Origin: Tricharina praecox
Taxonomy: Eukaryota
DNA length: 64,000 nt
NCBI RefSeq assembly: GCF_024521635.1
Contig: NW_026250425.1
Span: 248,001 to 312,000, forward strand
Reading direction: 5' to 3'
Shown here: positions 51,501 through 64,000 of the stretch, piece after piece
How the letters are laid out: every line of letters begins with the position of its first letter
Position numbering within the stretch: the stretch's first letter is position 1
Program-made: the position numbers and the translations under genes
Notes under the pieces: model-generated
Seen by the model: the letters and a program-made list of their open reading frames with translations, nothing else
Told to the model about the DNA's origin: nothing
The model's database searches: none

Positions 51501-52410
51501 ATTTTGAACAGCCAACGAATCTGCCGACAGGCCGATGCAGCAGTTCTCCGTCAAGTACCGTATCCCACGAAGCCCCAACATCGGTGATAAGTTTTCGTCG
51601 CGTCACGGACAGAAGGGTGTCTTGTCTCAGAAGTGGCCCTCCACAGACATGCCCTTCACAGAGACGGGAATGCAGCCTGACATTATCATCAACCCCCACG
51701 CATTCCCGTCGCGAATGACGATCGGTATGTTTATCGAGTCACTCGCTGGAAAGTCCGGTGCACTCCACGGTATCGCCCAGGACTGTACTCCGTTCAAATT
51801 CAGCGAGGAGAACACCGCCGGCGACTACTTTGGCGAGCAGCTCAAGGCCGCCGGATACAACTTCCACGGAAACGAGCCCATGTACTCCGGTATCACGGGT
51901 GAGGAGCTCGCTGCGGATATCTACGTCGGAGTCGTCTACTACCAGCGTCTGCGTCACATGGTCAACGACAAGTACCAGGTGCGAACGACCGGAAAGATCT
52001 CCGAGTTGACACATCAGCCCATCAAGGGAAGGAAGAAGGGAGGAGGTATCCGTGTCGGAGAGATGGAGCGTGACTCGCTGCTCGCCCACGGATCCGCATT
52101 CCTGCTGCAGGATCGTCTCTTCAATTGCTCCGACTACACACAGACGAGCATCTGTCGGCAGTGCGGCAGCTTCCTGAGTACCATGAGCACGATCCGCAAG
52201 CTCGGTTTCGAGAGCCGGATACGCTGCAGACGGTGTGCGAAGCCGGCGACTGGATTTGAGGACGATGGTGTGGTTTGGGAGGACGGTCTGGGTGGGCGGT
52301 TCGTTGGCGGTGTCGATACCACCACCGTTGCAGTGCCCTACGTACTCAAGTACTTGGACGTCGAGTTGACGGCCATGGGTATTGCCATGAAATTTAATAT
52401 ATCACCTTGA
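48518..52410 (+). CDS. RPA135: RNA polymerase I second-largest subunit, five introns
   Basis: [104 protein letters not shown], and a C-terminal zinc site. Confidence 0.98.
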
Positions 52411-52756
52411 GTTGTTATGGGGGTATAAAAATGGGGTAGGGTCTGATGATGACTGGTAATGTCGTTTATGGGCTTTTGTGCGTACGAAAGGGTGTATATA
52501 GTTCTTCTTTGCAATTGGATAGCCTCTGCGTGACTTTTTCACAGTACCGTTACTTGTACGAGTACGAGCCCAACCGTTGGTTGAAGTGCGTGAATTGAGG
52601 ATCTGCACCTAATTGGCATGGGACCACCGGTGACGGAGGGACATGAATTCCCGGGGTTTCTATTATAAATACGGCCCCCAAGTCCAGCCAGCACGTCAAC
52701 AAAGCGCCCTCACTCTGCCCCACCATCTCCGTGCACTACAACACCACCCACCATCA

Positions 52757-53885
52757 ATGCGCTACTTGTACCTTCCCCTCGCCTTGCTGGGCGGCTACAT
52801 GTTCCTCTTCTCGAGCCTATGCGCCGAGCAAGGCGTGCGTCTCGATGCTCTGCACAAAGCGGGCTTCTTCCCCGAAGGCGCGCCAGTGCGCTACACATAC
52901 CTGCACATCCCGGTGGTAGACGCAGTGCTGCAATACCTCGTCTCGTTTTTCTACGAGTTCGTCGACGGCAGCAACCCCGACTCCCGCGTCTTCGCTATCT
53001 ACTTCCTCCTCGTCATTGCGCCGGTATTTGGCATATGGGCGGTCGAGACTAGTCGCGGCAGCGGAAGGCTGTAAGTCCCCCGCCCCTCCCCTCCTCTCCA
53101 CGAAGTACTGGTACTAACACCAGGCCAGCCTCCTGCCCTGGACCCTGGCAATGCAACTAACGGGCTGCTGCACCGCCGCACCACTATTTTACTTCCTGCA
53201 CTCATCCCGCACATCCCCCAGCTCCCCTTCCTCCCCTTCCTCCCCTTCCTCCCCCTCCCTCCCCCCCTCCCGCGCCCGCGCGCTCGCCCCAGCCCTGTTC
53301 CTATCCTACGTCCTCCCCACACTACTGATGTTCCTCCCCCTTTCCCCTCCCCATCTCCAAGCCGCCATCGCGGTCTGGCAAGCCTTCCCCCTCTGGTTTA
53401 CACTTTCGCACAGTGCCCTAACCAACCTAACCCACCTAACCCACCTGGCCCACTTCTACTCCCGCGCGGGCACCGAGGACCCCCGCCGCGAGCGCGCGTA
53501 TGTTGACAGGGTGTACACGCTCGTCTCCCTCGTCTCCGCGGGCGCGCATTTGTACCTGCTGCGGTACGTACTCGCGGATCCGAACCCGTGGGAAAGGGTC
53601 AAGGCGGTTTTTTGGCCGCGGTGGGAAGTGGAGACTGTGGCACAGGCGTCCGCGATTATGTTGGGCGGGGATTGGTGGATTAGTCTTCTGGCCACGGTGG
53701 CGTGGGGGGTGGGGGGGGTGTGGGGTCAGATGGAGGGGGGGAAGGGGTGGGGGCGGAAGTTGGCGGTGATGGGTGCGGTGGTGGCAGCGGCCGTAATGAT
53801 TAGTCCGGGCGTGGTTGTGGCGGAGTGCTGGAGGTGGAGGGAGGGACGGTTGAGGGAGAGGGCGGCGGGGAAGAAGAGGGTGTAG
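52757..53885 (+). CDS. Multi-pass membrane protein resembling the CtvD/AurD and PaxA/AtmA families; one intron (53071-53128)
   Basis: YT....VD..L..LV.FF, SYVLPTLLMFLP, A.WQAFPLW and SPG......WRWRE patterns, with several hydrophobic helices. The family assignment is from recall. Confidence 0.65.
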
Positions 53886-54993
53886 GTGTGTAGGTATGTA
53901 GGTAGGTTGGGTTGCATGACTGGTGGGAATGAATGGGAGTTCGAATGTAAGCGAAGCGTGGGGTAGGGAGTGTTGACGACGGGTGCTTATTTTGGCTTGT
54001 CGGAGTTGGGCAGTATCTAGATTCCAAGCATGTGCCTGAGGAGAGGGGCGGCCACATGTGGTATCACTCGTATATCCGCGGGATCTACACAAGCCAGCAC
54101 TCGAATATCGACAACCACCCACAGGCTACTATCGATTATTTACGTCTACTTGCCTATTCCGACCACTGGTTCTTTGCAATACTCCCTTTCTTTTCGTCGT
54201 CGCTGTAAAGAGCCTTTGTAGCTTCTCAGCATTGTCCTTGGCATGATCCCTAGAGGTCACCAGAAATAGTCTCCTTACTCTCCTCTAGCCCAGTCCGGCA
54301 CTGCCCAGATATCGTAGCATTTTCTGTCTGAGGCTTCACTTCATCCCTTCGTCTACTAACATGCAGTACACGAGCTCGTTGTTTCCCTTTAAAAGCCGTC
54401 TCTTCTACTCGTCATTCCCATTCATCTCATCAAGTCAAGTCAAATTCTTCTTTCAATTTCACCACCTACCATACCTACTACCTATACCAACTATACCAAC
54501 ATCGTGATGTATAATACACCGCCATTGCCATTGCCATAATACCTACGTACATACATCCATCCATAACCCGCTAAAAATATCATACAACCCCCCAAATTCC
54601 AGCTCCTCCAGCCCCTGAGTCCTCCGCCGCCAGCGTTTCATACTATACACAACCACTTTCCGTCCCGCCGCGCCCCGCCCTTTTCACTGCATCCCTCTAA
54701 ATCAATCGCGAACGCAGTAGAATGCAAGCATGCATCGAAATCAAAGAACTCCACGAAAAAAAAAACAGGAAAAAAAACAGAAAAAAAACAGAAAAAAAGA
54801 AAAGGAAAAGAAAAGGAAAGAAAATGTAAAGCAACCGGGGCGCCCCTCAACCAGACCCATAAGTGCGAAAGATTAGGTGCGCCGCGGTATACTAGTATCA
54901 TACAACTCTCTCTCTCTCTCTCAGCTATCAGCTACCTATCAGCTACCTAAGAAACCTAGTAACTGATCAGATCTGACGTGTAGAGCCTACAGC

Positions 54994-56481
54994 CTACAGC
55001 TCGCGGTTGTTCTTGTGGTTCACGCGCATCGCCGCCTTCTTGCACACCTCGTAGCTCGAGATCTGTATTCTGTTAGTAACCGACCACTTCAATTTCCGGG
55101 AACGAATAGCCGCAGGGTGGCAAACCATGATTGCACAAGCAGGCGCAACCTTCAACATCCTCGGGGTGCATCCTTTCCACAAGCCCTGGAGCCCGCCCTC
55201 CCTCCAGATCTCGAACAGGACCTTCGGCATGCTCATAGCCTTCGCACCGATCTCCTGGCCGCGGGCATGGGCGATCTGGCGTCTCGTTTTTCCGACATCA
55301 TATGGGGTAGTGAGGAATGCCGCCACAGCGCCGCTCGAAGCTCCGGCAATAAATGCGTCCAGGAACGTGCTCTCGGCATGGAGGTCCTCCTTCCGCTTCG
55401 ACTGCGCCGACGGGAGCAGTATGCCGGTCGGGTGGTCGTGCAGGAGTGACCACTGCGCTTCGCGACGCGTGCGCAGACGCTCCTTGATCCGCTCGTAGCC
55501 GAGCCAGTATATACCTGAGAAGGGGACGTCGCGCCAGAGCGTCAGGCCGAGGCCGCGCCAGAGCGTCAGCGCGCCCTCGGTGTGCACCATCGTGCGGATC
55601 CCGTGGAGTGTGTCTTGGAATCCGAAGTTGCTTGTGGCTTGGAGACGAGTCTTGAACAGTTCCAGCGGCGAAATCACCGAGGCGGCGATAGCGCGCGCGG
55701 CGGAGCCAGCCAACAGGGGCGCTGTGACACCACCGAGCGATGAGAACGGCGATACATCCGAGGTGCGTAGCCAGTCGTAGCCGGTGAAGTAGATGACGTT
55801 GGAAGGGACGGACATGAGGAGCGTCGGCGATAGGCCGCGCCACAGCGACGACAACCCCTCATAACGTGCAATCTTGACGAGTCCCTCCCAGGTGCCCGAG
55901 AACCGTCGGCTCGACGTTTGCTCGACGATGCAGCTGTCGGTAAGCGCCGTCGGGATCGTCGGTGATGCAAGGCATGCCTCGGCAGTGTTGCCCACCCAGA
56001 ACACTTCCCTACAGCACGCCGTAACGCCCAACTCTGGAGTCGAGAGTGCCGCCGTCGACTGGAACCGAATGGGAGAAAGCGGTAGGCTCCTAGCACGACC
56101 GAGGGTATCAGAGGAAATGTGTGGAGCTAACGACGACGACGATTGGGCAGGAGCCGGGTGCTGAGCTTGAAGCCGAACTCGCACCACATCTAGAGGCGTT
56201 ACTGTTTCCTAGGTTAGTTACATATCACCATGCCCGCACGGACAGTCGGACGGGGGAGGCAAGATCTACACACCAAGTAAGCTTGTAAGTAAGCTTCCCG
56301 AACATGCAGCCAGCATGCGCTGCGTGGCAGAGATGTGTCCATCGCCACGTATCCGCGCGCCGGGGATGTCCTCGAGCTCTAAAGTGCTGTTCCGGACCAT
56401 GGCTGACTGACTGTGGTTATCTTTGCGATGGTTGTGGTAGTTGGCCGCAGTGGAAGCGGAGCCGGCTGTTCCGTCGTCCAT
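54994..56481 (-). CDS. MTM1: Mitochondrial carrier, MTM1/SLC25A39-40 type, two introns
   Basis: Three Px(D/E)xx(K/R)xR motifs (PLDVVRVRLQ, PLELFKTRLQ, PYDVGKTRRQ). Cys-containing loop ACCREVFW. Also LWRDVPFSGIYW and KVAPACAIMISSYE. Confidence 0.9.
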
Positions 56482-57096
56482 TGGGCGTGTGGGATTGGGG
56501 GGTATTAAGGGCTGAAGGAGGGCGCGTTGAGGGGAGGATATGAGATCCTGTAGTTGAGGGAATACAACGAGAAGGTGGAGGGAAACAGGACTTTTTGGCT
56601 CGGTGGCGCTGATACACGAGATGAGGTAGGCCGACGAAGTTCAGATGACGTTCAGGATCTGATAAGAAAAAAATGAGTGTCTCTAAAGGCCTAACTATCG
56701 CTATCCGTGCCGGGAGGGGCATTCTTATTAGCCTCGGGTTTAGGTAAGCGGGGGTGGGGACACGGTTAGAGTTGATAACGCGCATGGGCGTTGGCCTGGA
56801 CACTGGTCAGTGACATAGTGGCTCGGCGGTACGGCGATAAAGCTGAGACAGACACACAGCACTCATCAAGACTCACGGTGGTCCAACACACCTTCCATGT
56901 ACCTTCCACAGCTTCAGCTTCAGCTTCAGCTTCAGCTTCAACGGGCCTTGTAACTTATAAGTGCCAATTCTACACAAAATACATTCAAAGGCCATTCCCG
57001 AGCCCGCCACTCTCCACAAGGACCGCCTTCCATCCAGCCAGACCACGACTCCCACATCCCTTCCAGCTACCGCCACTCACCACAATATAATCCACA

Positions 57097-57531
57097 ATGG
57101 CCGACGAGTTCGAGCTTTCCCGCTTCCGCGAGCAATGGAAGGAAGAAGTAACAGCACGCACGCACCCACAGGCGGCGTCGTCTTCCGCGTCCGCGTCCGC
57201 CGCCGCAGCGCGATCCCACAAGCCACGACTGCCATCATTCTCGCACGCCCGGCCCACCGCAAAGGACACCAACGTCGATGACGACGACATTGTGGACGAG
57301 CTCCCAGTATCGAGTAAACACATACCGACGTCTCCGCCTCGCGCCGCGCGGCAGCCCTCGTTCTCCGCCACCACGGGCGTACCCAAGAGCGCGCTCGAGC
57401 ACTACGAGAAAGCGGTCGAGAAAGAGGGAGAGGGAAATCTAGGCGAGAGTCTGCGGCTCTACCGCCAGGCATTCCGCATGGACGACGCTGTCGATAAGGC
57501 CTACAAGGATAAACACTTCCCACGTGTCCCG

Positions 57532-57562
<31 letters not shown>

Positions 57563-58665
57563 ACGTGCCGGCCCATGGCAAGGGGAAGGCGGTTGCCGCC
57601 CGCACCCCGCACGTTCCGGAGGCCGTCGTCCACCTCCCGATTCCGCCGGGGACCTCGGAACTAGTGGCTTCGTTCGCCGGGTTGGCAATCGCGCCGATCG
57701 CCGAAACGGCTCTCGCTGCCGACGACGGTGCCGCCACCACCACTACCCAGGCGGAGGAGGAGGACGAGGAGGCCGAGAAAAAGAAATTCTGTCTCTTTGC
57801 CGAAGTCCCGTCCGAGCTCCTGCTGCACATCCTCCGCTTCACCGCGCTGGCCGATATCGCCTCGTTCGCGCGGCTAGCACAGGTCTGCAAGAGCCTCTGC
57901 TACGTCGTTGTCACCGAGGACCGCATATGGCGCGACGTGTGCAAGGCCACGTTCCCGCGGCAAGTCTGGGACTGGAAAGTGAGCGTGGGCGGACACCCTC
58001 TGATCGACGAGCTCCTAGGCGGTAACGACTTCGCGGTATCCAACGAGCAAGACGACAACAACGAAGAGGAGGAGGCTCAGCGGACCGCCCCGGTGGACGA
58101 AGAGCAACTCCCACTGTACCACTCCTCCTGGCGGGAAATGTTCCACCTGCGCCCTCGGCTGCGCTACAACGGCGTATACATCAGCACGTGCAACTACCAC
58201 CGGAGTGGCGGGCACAGTGGGACCAGCCTGTCGTGGGGCACGCCCGTGCACATCGTCACGTACTACCGCTACCTGCGCTTCTACCCGGACGGCACGCTGC
58301 TCTCGCTGCTGAGCACACACGAGCCCGCCGACGTCGTCTACACGTTCAGCAAGCTCGCTTTGCCCACGTCGCTGCACGACTGGGCGCCGCATGTCGCCCG
58401 CGGCAGGTGGAGGGTCGATTCAGCCGGACAGGTCGATATCGAAACTGAGGCGCAGAATCTCCCGAGATACCTCTTCCGCATGCAGCTGCGCATCAGGGAG
58501 GCCCGCGGCCGCATGAATACCGTCAGGGGAGGCGCGAAACTTAACTGGGAGGGGTTCTGGAGCTGGAATAAGCTCACGGATGACCTGGGCAAGTTTGAAG
58601 GCAGGAATGATAAGCCGTTCTTCTTTTCACGCGTGGCGGCGGTGGAGAAGGAGGGCGTTGTTTAG
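57097..58665 (+). CDS. HRT3: F-box protein, HRT3/Pof7/FBXO9 type
   Basis: ELSRFREQWKEEV, ALEHYEKAVEKE..G.L.ESL.LYRQAFRMD, F-box (VPSELLLHIL..LAQVCK), RPRLRYNGVYISTCNY, VTYYRYLRFYPDG. Confidence 0.9.
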
Positions 58666-61487
58666 AGGAATTGTGTTTGTTTTGTAGTGCTGCTTGTAGA
58701 GTAGAGGGGCTGCAGAGGCTTGTATATAATTACAAGGTATGGTAGATGTGTATATCAATGACTGATGAATTTCCTTACATTTCACTTCTCTTCGGTCTGG
58801 GGGAACGGGTATCCTCTATGAGGTATATATGGCACAAGTTTGCATCAAGCACAAATCACGAAATGTCACTCCCAGAACCATTGGTATCCCGACACAAGCC
58901 AAAACCGCGTTTAGCGATCACTCCCTTACTCCGAATCTCTCTCTGTATACTCACTTTATTGTGATATCGTATCCCCAGAGGTGGATGATCCCAACATTCA
59001 CCACTTGCACATTACCGTAGTACTCGTCACAACGCCGTCACCACGGTAGGTAAAACTCCTCGTCCAGGGCACTCGACCGGTCCACTACAAAGTACAATCG
59101 CTCCACCTTCGACCGCCCCGATTACCTCACCAGCTTCCCGGCGATTCTGTGATTCAGTGATTCGTAAATCCGGGAAGGAGGATCCCACACCTTCCACAAC
59201 GCTGAGCCGTGGTTCCCGATCTGTTGGTTGGAGGACACAGATGTACCGTAATCGTTTTCGGCCTTTCCGGCGCCGGTGTGTATTCCCAGTACCCATGAGA
59301 GCGTTGCGGTCGTCACCGTCACCGTCGCCATTGTCGGAGCCGTTACTTGCTCCCTACCATGTAAGTTCTAACGCCTGTGTTGCTCGCATTACTCGTATTA
59401 AGCCGAGGGCAGCGAGATATGTACACATGGCTTGGGTTAATACCAGAAGACGGCGGCGGAAGAAAGTTCCCGAGACTCGAATCGCTTCTTCCTTTGATCC
59501 CTTGATCCCCTGATCGGTTGCCGGAAGCAGTGGTACTCTGGTTAAGCCCGGAAGAACATTTGCTCCGGAAGGACCATGGATAGGGATATGGTTGAGAGCG
59601 TGACGAGTATTGAAACTTGCGGAAGGAGGAGCACTCGGGTGAGCCTGTGAGGGCTGACATTAACTATCGAGAGAGAATTGCAGTTGATTGCCAAGGATGT
59701 GGTGGGTATGTAGTACATACATACGGTGGGCCGACTCCATCGTATGTACTATGATAGTAGTACTCTGGAATTCCGATCATGAGCCAGAGCGCGAACGGAG
59801 GGGGTCCAGAAAGGAAGGGAAAGCATGCTGCCGAGGCTGAGATGGAGAAGCTGTTTCTGTTTCTGTTTCTGTGGTGGTGGTGGTGGTGGTGGTGGAGGGA
59901 TGAGTGTGGTGCTTGTCGGTGCGAGGATGCATGGAATGTCGCGCTATGCACATCGCACAGACGCCAGATATGAGGCCTGTCTATCTCGACTGTATGCACC
60001 ATCCCATCCTCCATCATTCGCTTCTCCAGTTCTGCGGTGCGATTCCACACTTTCGCGCAGCGTATGTAGCATAGGTATTCCAAGCGCCGTGGCGTAGAGG
60101 AGTCGCAGAAGCAATAGATCCGAACATTCGTACGAGGGCATCATCAGCAAGAGTGAGCGGGCTGTCGGCTGCACAGCACAGCGGCGGCGACGAGTCCGCC
60201 ATCGATATAAGGCTGCGGCAAGAGGACCTCCGAGCGTGAAACTTGAGTGTGAAGCTTGAAGTGGGGTTGGAAGTAGCCAGTGACCAGTGTGGAGTACCGT
60301 AGCACTGTGCACCAACTACCGTAGTGTGCTCGTGGGCCATGGCAGGCATAAAGGATCCGGATAGCGTGTTTCTGTCCTCGTTTTGATGTCCACCCACACT
60401 CGCCCAGTTGTGTCCGGATATGTATGCGAGTAGTCGATGCCTTCCATGAGTAGAGTAGGACCTAGGTATCTGCAGTTGGGGGTTGTGCCAATCACGTGGC
60501 GTTCGTTCGGGCGGATCCAGGCCTCACATGAGGATTATCACCCTCAACTCCAGTTAGTTACCAACCTACCTGCGGACGTGGGAGATTCCGATCGATCCCA
60601 CTCTGGATTCTGGAATAGGTACCTAACTTGTCCTGCGCTCTCTGCGAATGTCATTCGCTCGCTGCTGCGGATGTCATTCGCACATCGCTCCGCTGCCGTG
60701 AAGGAAAGGAAAAGGAAAGAAGAGAGACCACGCCGCGAACCGAGCTGCAGATGCAGAGGCAGAAGCAGATGCCTTCGCTCTGCTCGCTTGCAGGATATTA
60801 TCTGTGGTTGGTTACACACATGAGATACTTCTCGGGAGTTGCTTCTTTTTTTTATCTTCAGGAAGAGTGGGGGAGAACAGAGTGGAGTGGAGTGGAGGGA
60901 GGATGAATGAGTGAATGAATGGGACGGGCGAGTTCGCTATCTCCTTCCGTCGCTCGCTGCTGCTGCTGTTGCTGCAACTGGCATATGCAGCATGCTTGGC
61001 TCCCATCTCTTCGCTCATCTCCACCCAACCAACCAACCATCTTGCCTCGCCTACTCTACGACCCCAACCTACATTCCAACTACCTCGACCACCCAGCCCG
61101 CTGAGCAACAATAACAACAACAACACGACTATCGCCGCCGCCGCCGCCACGAGCCCGCCTGACCGCGCCTTCTCCCCCGTCCACCCTCCGCGTCGACGGA
61201 GACAGCGAACTCGACAACCGCGTTCGTTGGACTTCTAGACTAGTGTAACCGCTGCCGTCACCTTTACTCAACCCTACTCGCCTTCGCCCCCTCCCACCCC
61301 TACTCCCAACCAACTTAACCCGACTCAACGTCTCCGAAACACCAACAACGCCTATCACCACCATCACCACCACCAGGTTTCCTCCCACAACCCGCGACAA
61401 CACCCCATCGCGAGCCCGAGCATCTACCTATCACAACCTCCACACCCACAACCACACCACCCCCGCCCCCCAACCCGAAACACCATC

Positions 61488-62370
61488 ATGTCGGGTTTCT
61501 TCCGCCGTATATACGATTGGCTTCTTAGCCTGTTCTGGTATGCAACTTTGCACGCTACGAGCGCAGTTCTGTTCGTCGTGGCTGATGTGTGCGACAGGGC
61601 GACAGAGATGGACATCACCATGATCGGCCTCCAGAACGCCGGCAAGACCTCGTTATTACGGGTGCTAGCGGTAAGTCGCTCGCTCGCTACTACCCGGCGA
61701 AGTGCAAGGAAACGGCCCAAGCTAAACTGACTATCTACGTAGGGCGGTGAATTTACGATCGAGTATGCCGCAGTCCGCCAGAAATAGATGAACGCAGAAC
61801 TGACTCGAAGCGTAGCTCTATACCCACCGTGGGGTTCAACATGAAACGAGTACAGAAGGGGCACGTCACGCTCAAGTGGTACGTCACCATGCGTCCGTCT
61901 TTGCTCCGTCCATAGTTGGGACCGGGAGGAAAGGAAAGACTAATCGCGGTATTGTGCGTGCGCAGCTGGGATCTAGGAGGACAACCGCGGTTCCGTTCCA
62001 TGTGGGAGCGCTACTGTCGCGGCGTTAACGCCATCGTGTAAGCTCCTTCCGCCCCTTCGCCGACATCCGGCATACCGATACTGACTACTGCCGCAGCTTT
62101 ATTGTGGACTCGGCCGACAAACCCTCGCACCCGATCGCTCGCGAAGAGCTGCACAGTCTCCTGCAGAAGCCAATACTCGAAGGCATCCCGCTGCTAGTCC
62201 TCGGCAACAAGAGCGATCTGCCCAACAAGCTCGGCGTCGACGAACTCATCGAGACGATGAACCTGCAGGACATCACTAATCGCGAGGTCAGCTGCTATAG
62301 CATATCCGCCAAGGAGGAGACGAATCTGGATGCTGTGTTACAGTGGTTGATCGCGCGCGCAAAGAGATGA
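61488..62370 (+). CDS. ARL8: ARF-like small GTPase 8, five introns
   Basis: [87 protein letters not shown]. Confidence 0.95.
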
Positions 62371-62530
62371 ACGTAACGCCGTAGACTTGGACGGACTGAG
62401 AGGGAGCCGGGGTGAGGAACGGAGGTGGAGGTATACCAAACAGTGGGCGACCAAGTTAACGACTCTGACGAAATCTTGCGTGCATAAGACCATGTTAATA
62501 AGCTTTTATTTTCCGTTCCGTTCTTTTTCT

Positions 62531-62562
<32 letters not shown>

Positions 62563-63748
62563 TTCTGTTCACTTCCCTTCTTTTCAAACTTTTTCAACTT
62601 TTGTTCTTTTTTCACACACAGACACACACACACACACAAGCTCTCGATGAGAAACAAAATCCGTGGGGTTTCGGTGGTGGTAGTGGCGGCGGTAGCGGCG
62701 GCGAAGGCGGGGGGAGCGAGGGGAGATTTATGGGGACCTTTCTTGTATTGTTTGTGCTGGCTTTTACTTTCCGACGTCGACGTATGATTATGATTATGAT
62801 ACCTTCAAAGCTTTTTTTTTCGCGTTGCCAACTCAAACTTCAACTTCAACTCTTGCCGTGCTGTTGTTTCGTTCGTAACCCGCACCCGCGCCTGTGTCCG
62901 CGTCCGCGTCTCCCAGTATGACGTGCACAGAGCCTCCTTCCTTCACATAGCACATTGGGTATGTATGTATCGTAGGGCTGCAGGAACGGGTATGCCACGC
63001 TACTCTAACTTGTACATGTGTAGATTGATTTAAATTTTAGATTATTTTCCGACAGCCTGGGCACTGGGCAGCGGACGGCGTGGTGATTGGGCGCCGGCGT
63101 TTTGTTCGTGGGTGGTGGTGTTGGTGGGTGTTCGTAGTGGTGGTGGTGTGAATTTTGTGGTGTAGGTCATGGTGGTGGTGGTCTTTATGCGTGATGCGTT
63201 GGCAGTGCGTCGAGTTTGATGTTACCTACACACCTACACACTCTAACGTTTGGGACCGACGGCTCTTAGCGAGAGAGAGGTAGGGACAGACAGACGGGGT
63301 GGGGTGCGAGAGAGAGGGAGGGAGGGGGGTGTGCGGGAGGGGGGTACTGATTTGCGGCGGGGTGGTGGGGGGGTGTGCGGTGCGGTGCGGACTGCGGGGA
63401 TACTTTACTCTAGTTGCCACCGATCGCGGTGAACGGTCGCCGCGCGGTCATGGTGGATCACTCGGCAGGCCCGCTAATTGATCCCGGTTCTGGCTAGGAT
63501 GGGTGAAGGATGCTACTGGGCATCGTGTCTCCTGCGAAGCTCCCGTTGACGTCAGCTGTAGAGTATTCATCCATCGTCCATCACCCGTCACACACTGCCT
63601 ACGATAACATGCAGTGTGTTCACACCGTACACGTGCTACCTGGTCGGTAGCCCGAGGACGCCCGAGGATACCGAGCAGAACCACCTCGCCCGGGCATGTT
63701 CTCGTACTCGATCAAACCCTAAGCATCCGATTATATATAGCCCGGGAT

Positions 63749-63879
63749 TCGATGCCGTCTCGATGCCGTCTCGATGCCGTCTCGATGCCGTCTCGATGCC
63801 GTCTCGATGCCGTCTCGATGCCGTCTCGATGCCGTCTCGATGCGTCGATCGTCTCGATGCCGTCTCGATGCCGTCTCGA
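63749..63879. repeat. 11-bp tandem repeat TCGATGCCGTC, ~11 units
   Basis: Directly visible, with one interrupted unit. Confidence 0.9.
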
Positions 63880-64000
63880 AAGTCGTGGAGAAGAGTCGAG
63901 CCCGAGTGATCGTGAGCGACTGAGATCAATACTGCGGAATTACCAACTTGCCTACCTTCATCACGTTCCGGTTGTCGCCGGGCTTCTGTAGTCTATTGTA

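Noticed and set aside
1..64000. tRNA, rRNA or riboswitch genes
   Set aside because: None was recognised by eye. tRNAscan-SE or Infernal would be needed to exclude them.

Overview
Intron-containing nuclear DNA from a filamentous ascomycete. Gene content, short GT-AG introns with CTRAY branch sites and the LINE type suggest Pezizomycotina, possibly Pezizomycetes (inference). The left half (1-37 kb) is gene-poor and rich in simple repeats. It holds a 5'-truncated LINE with a 15-bp TSD, a large conserved hypothetical gene, a MITE, an intact Zn2Cys6 transcription factor, orphan spliced genes, and a C2H2 zinc-finger gene whose finger exon is duplicated and cut by a hAT-like transposon end. The right half (37-64 kb) is gene-dense: a short Zn2Cys6 protein, a GNAT acetyltransferase, two tandem His/Pro/Gly-rich orphan genes, URA3/pyrG, a DHA1 MFS transporter, RPA135, a CtvD/PaxA-like membrane protein, an MTM1-like carrier, an HRT3-like F-box protein and ARL8. 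The most unusual locus is the ~1.45-kb tandem duplication below URA3. The two orphan proteins have diverged strongly, their upstream regions share a perfectly identical 108-bp block, and the stranded URA3 3' fragment differs from the functional gene almost only at third codon positions. All gene models were spliced by eye and no database searches were run.
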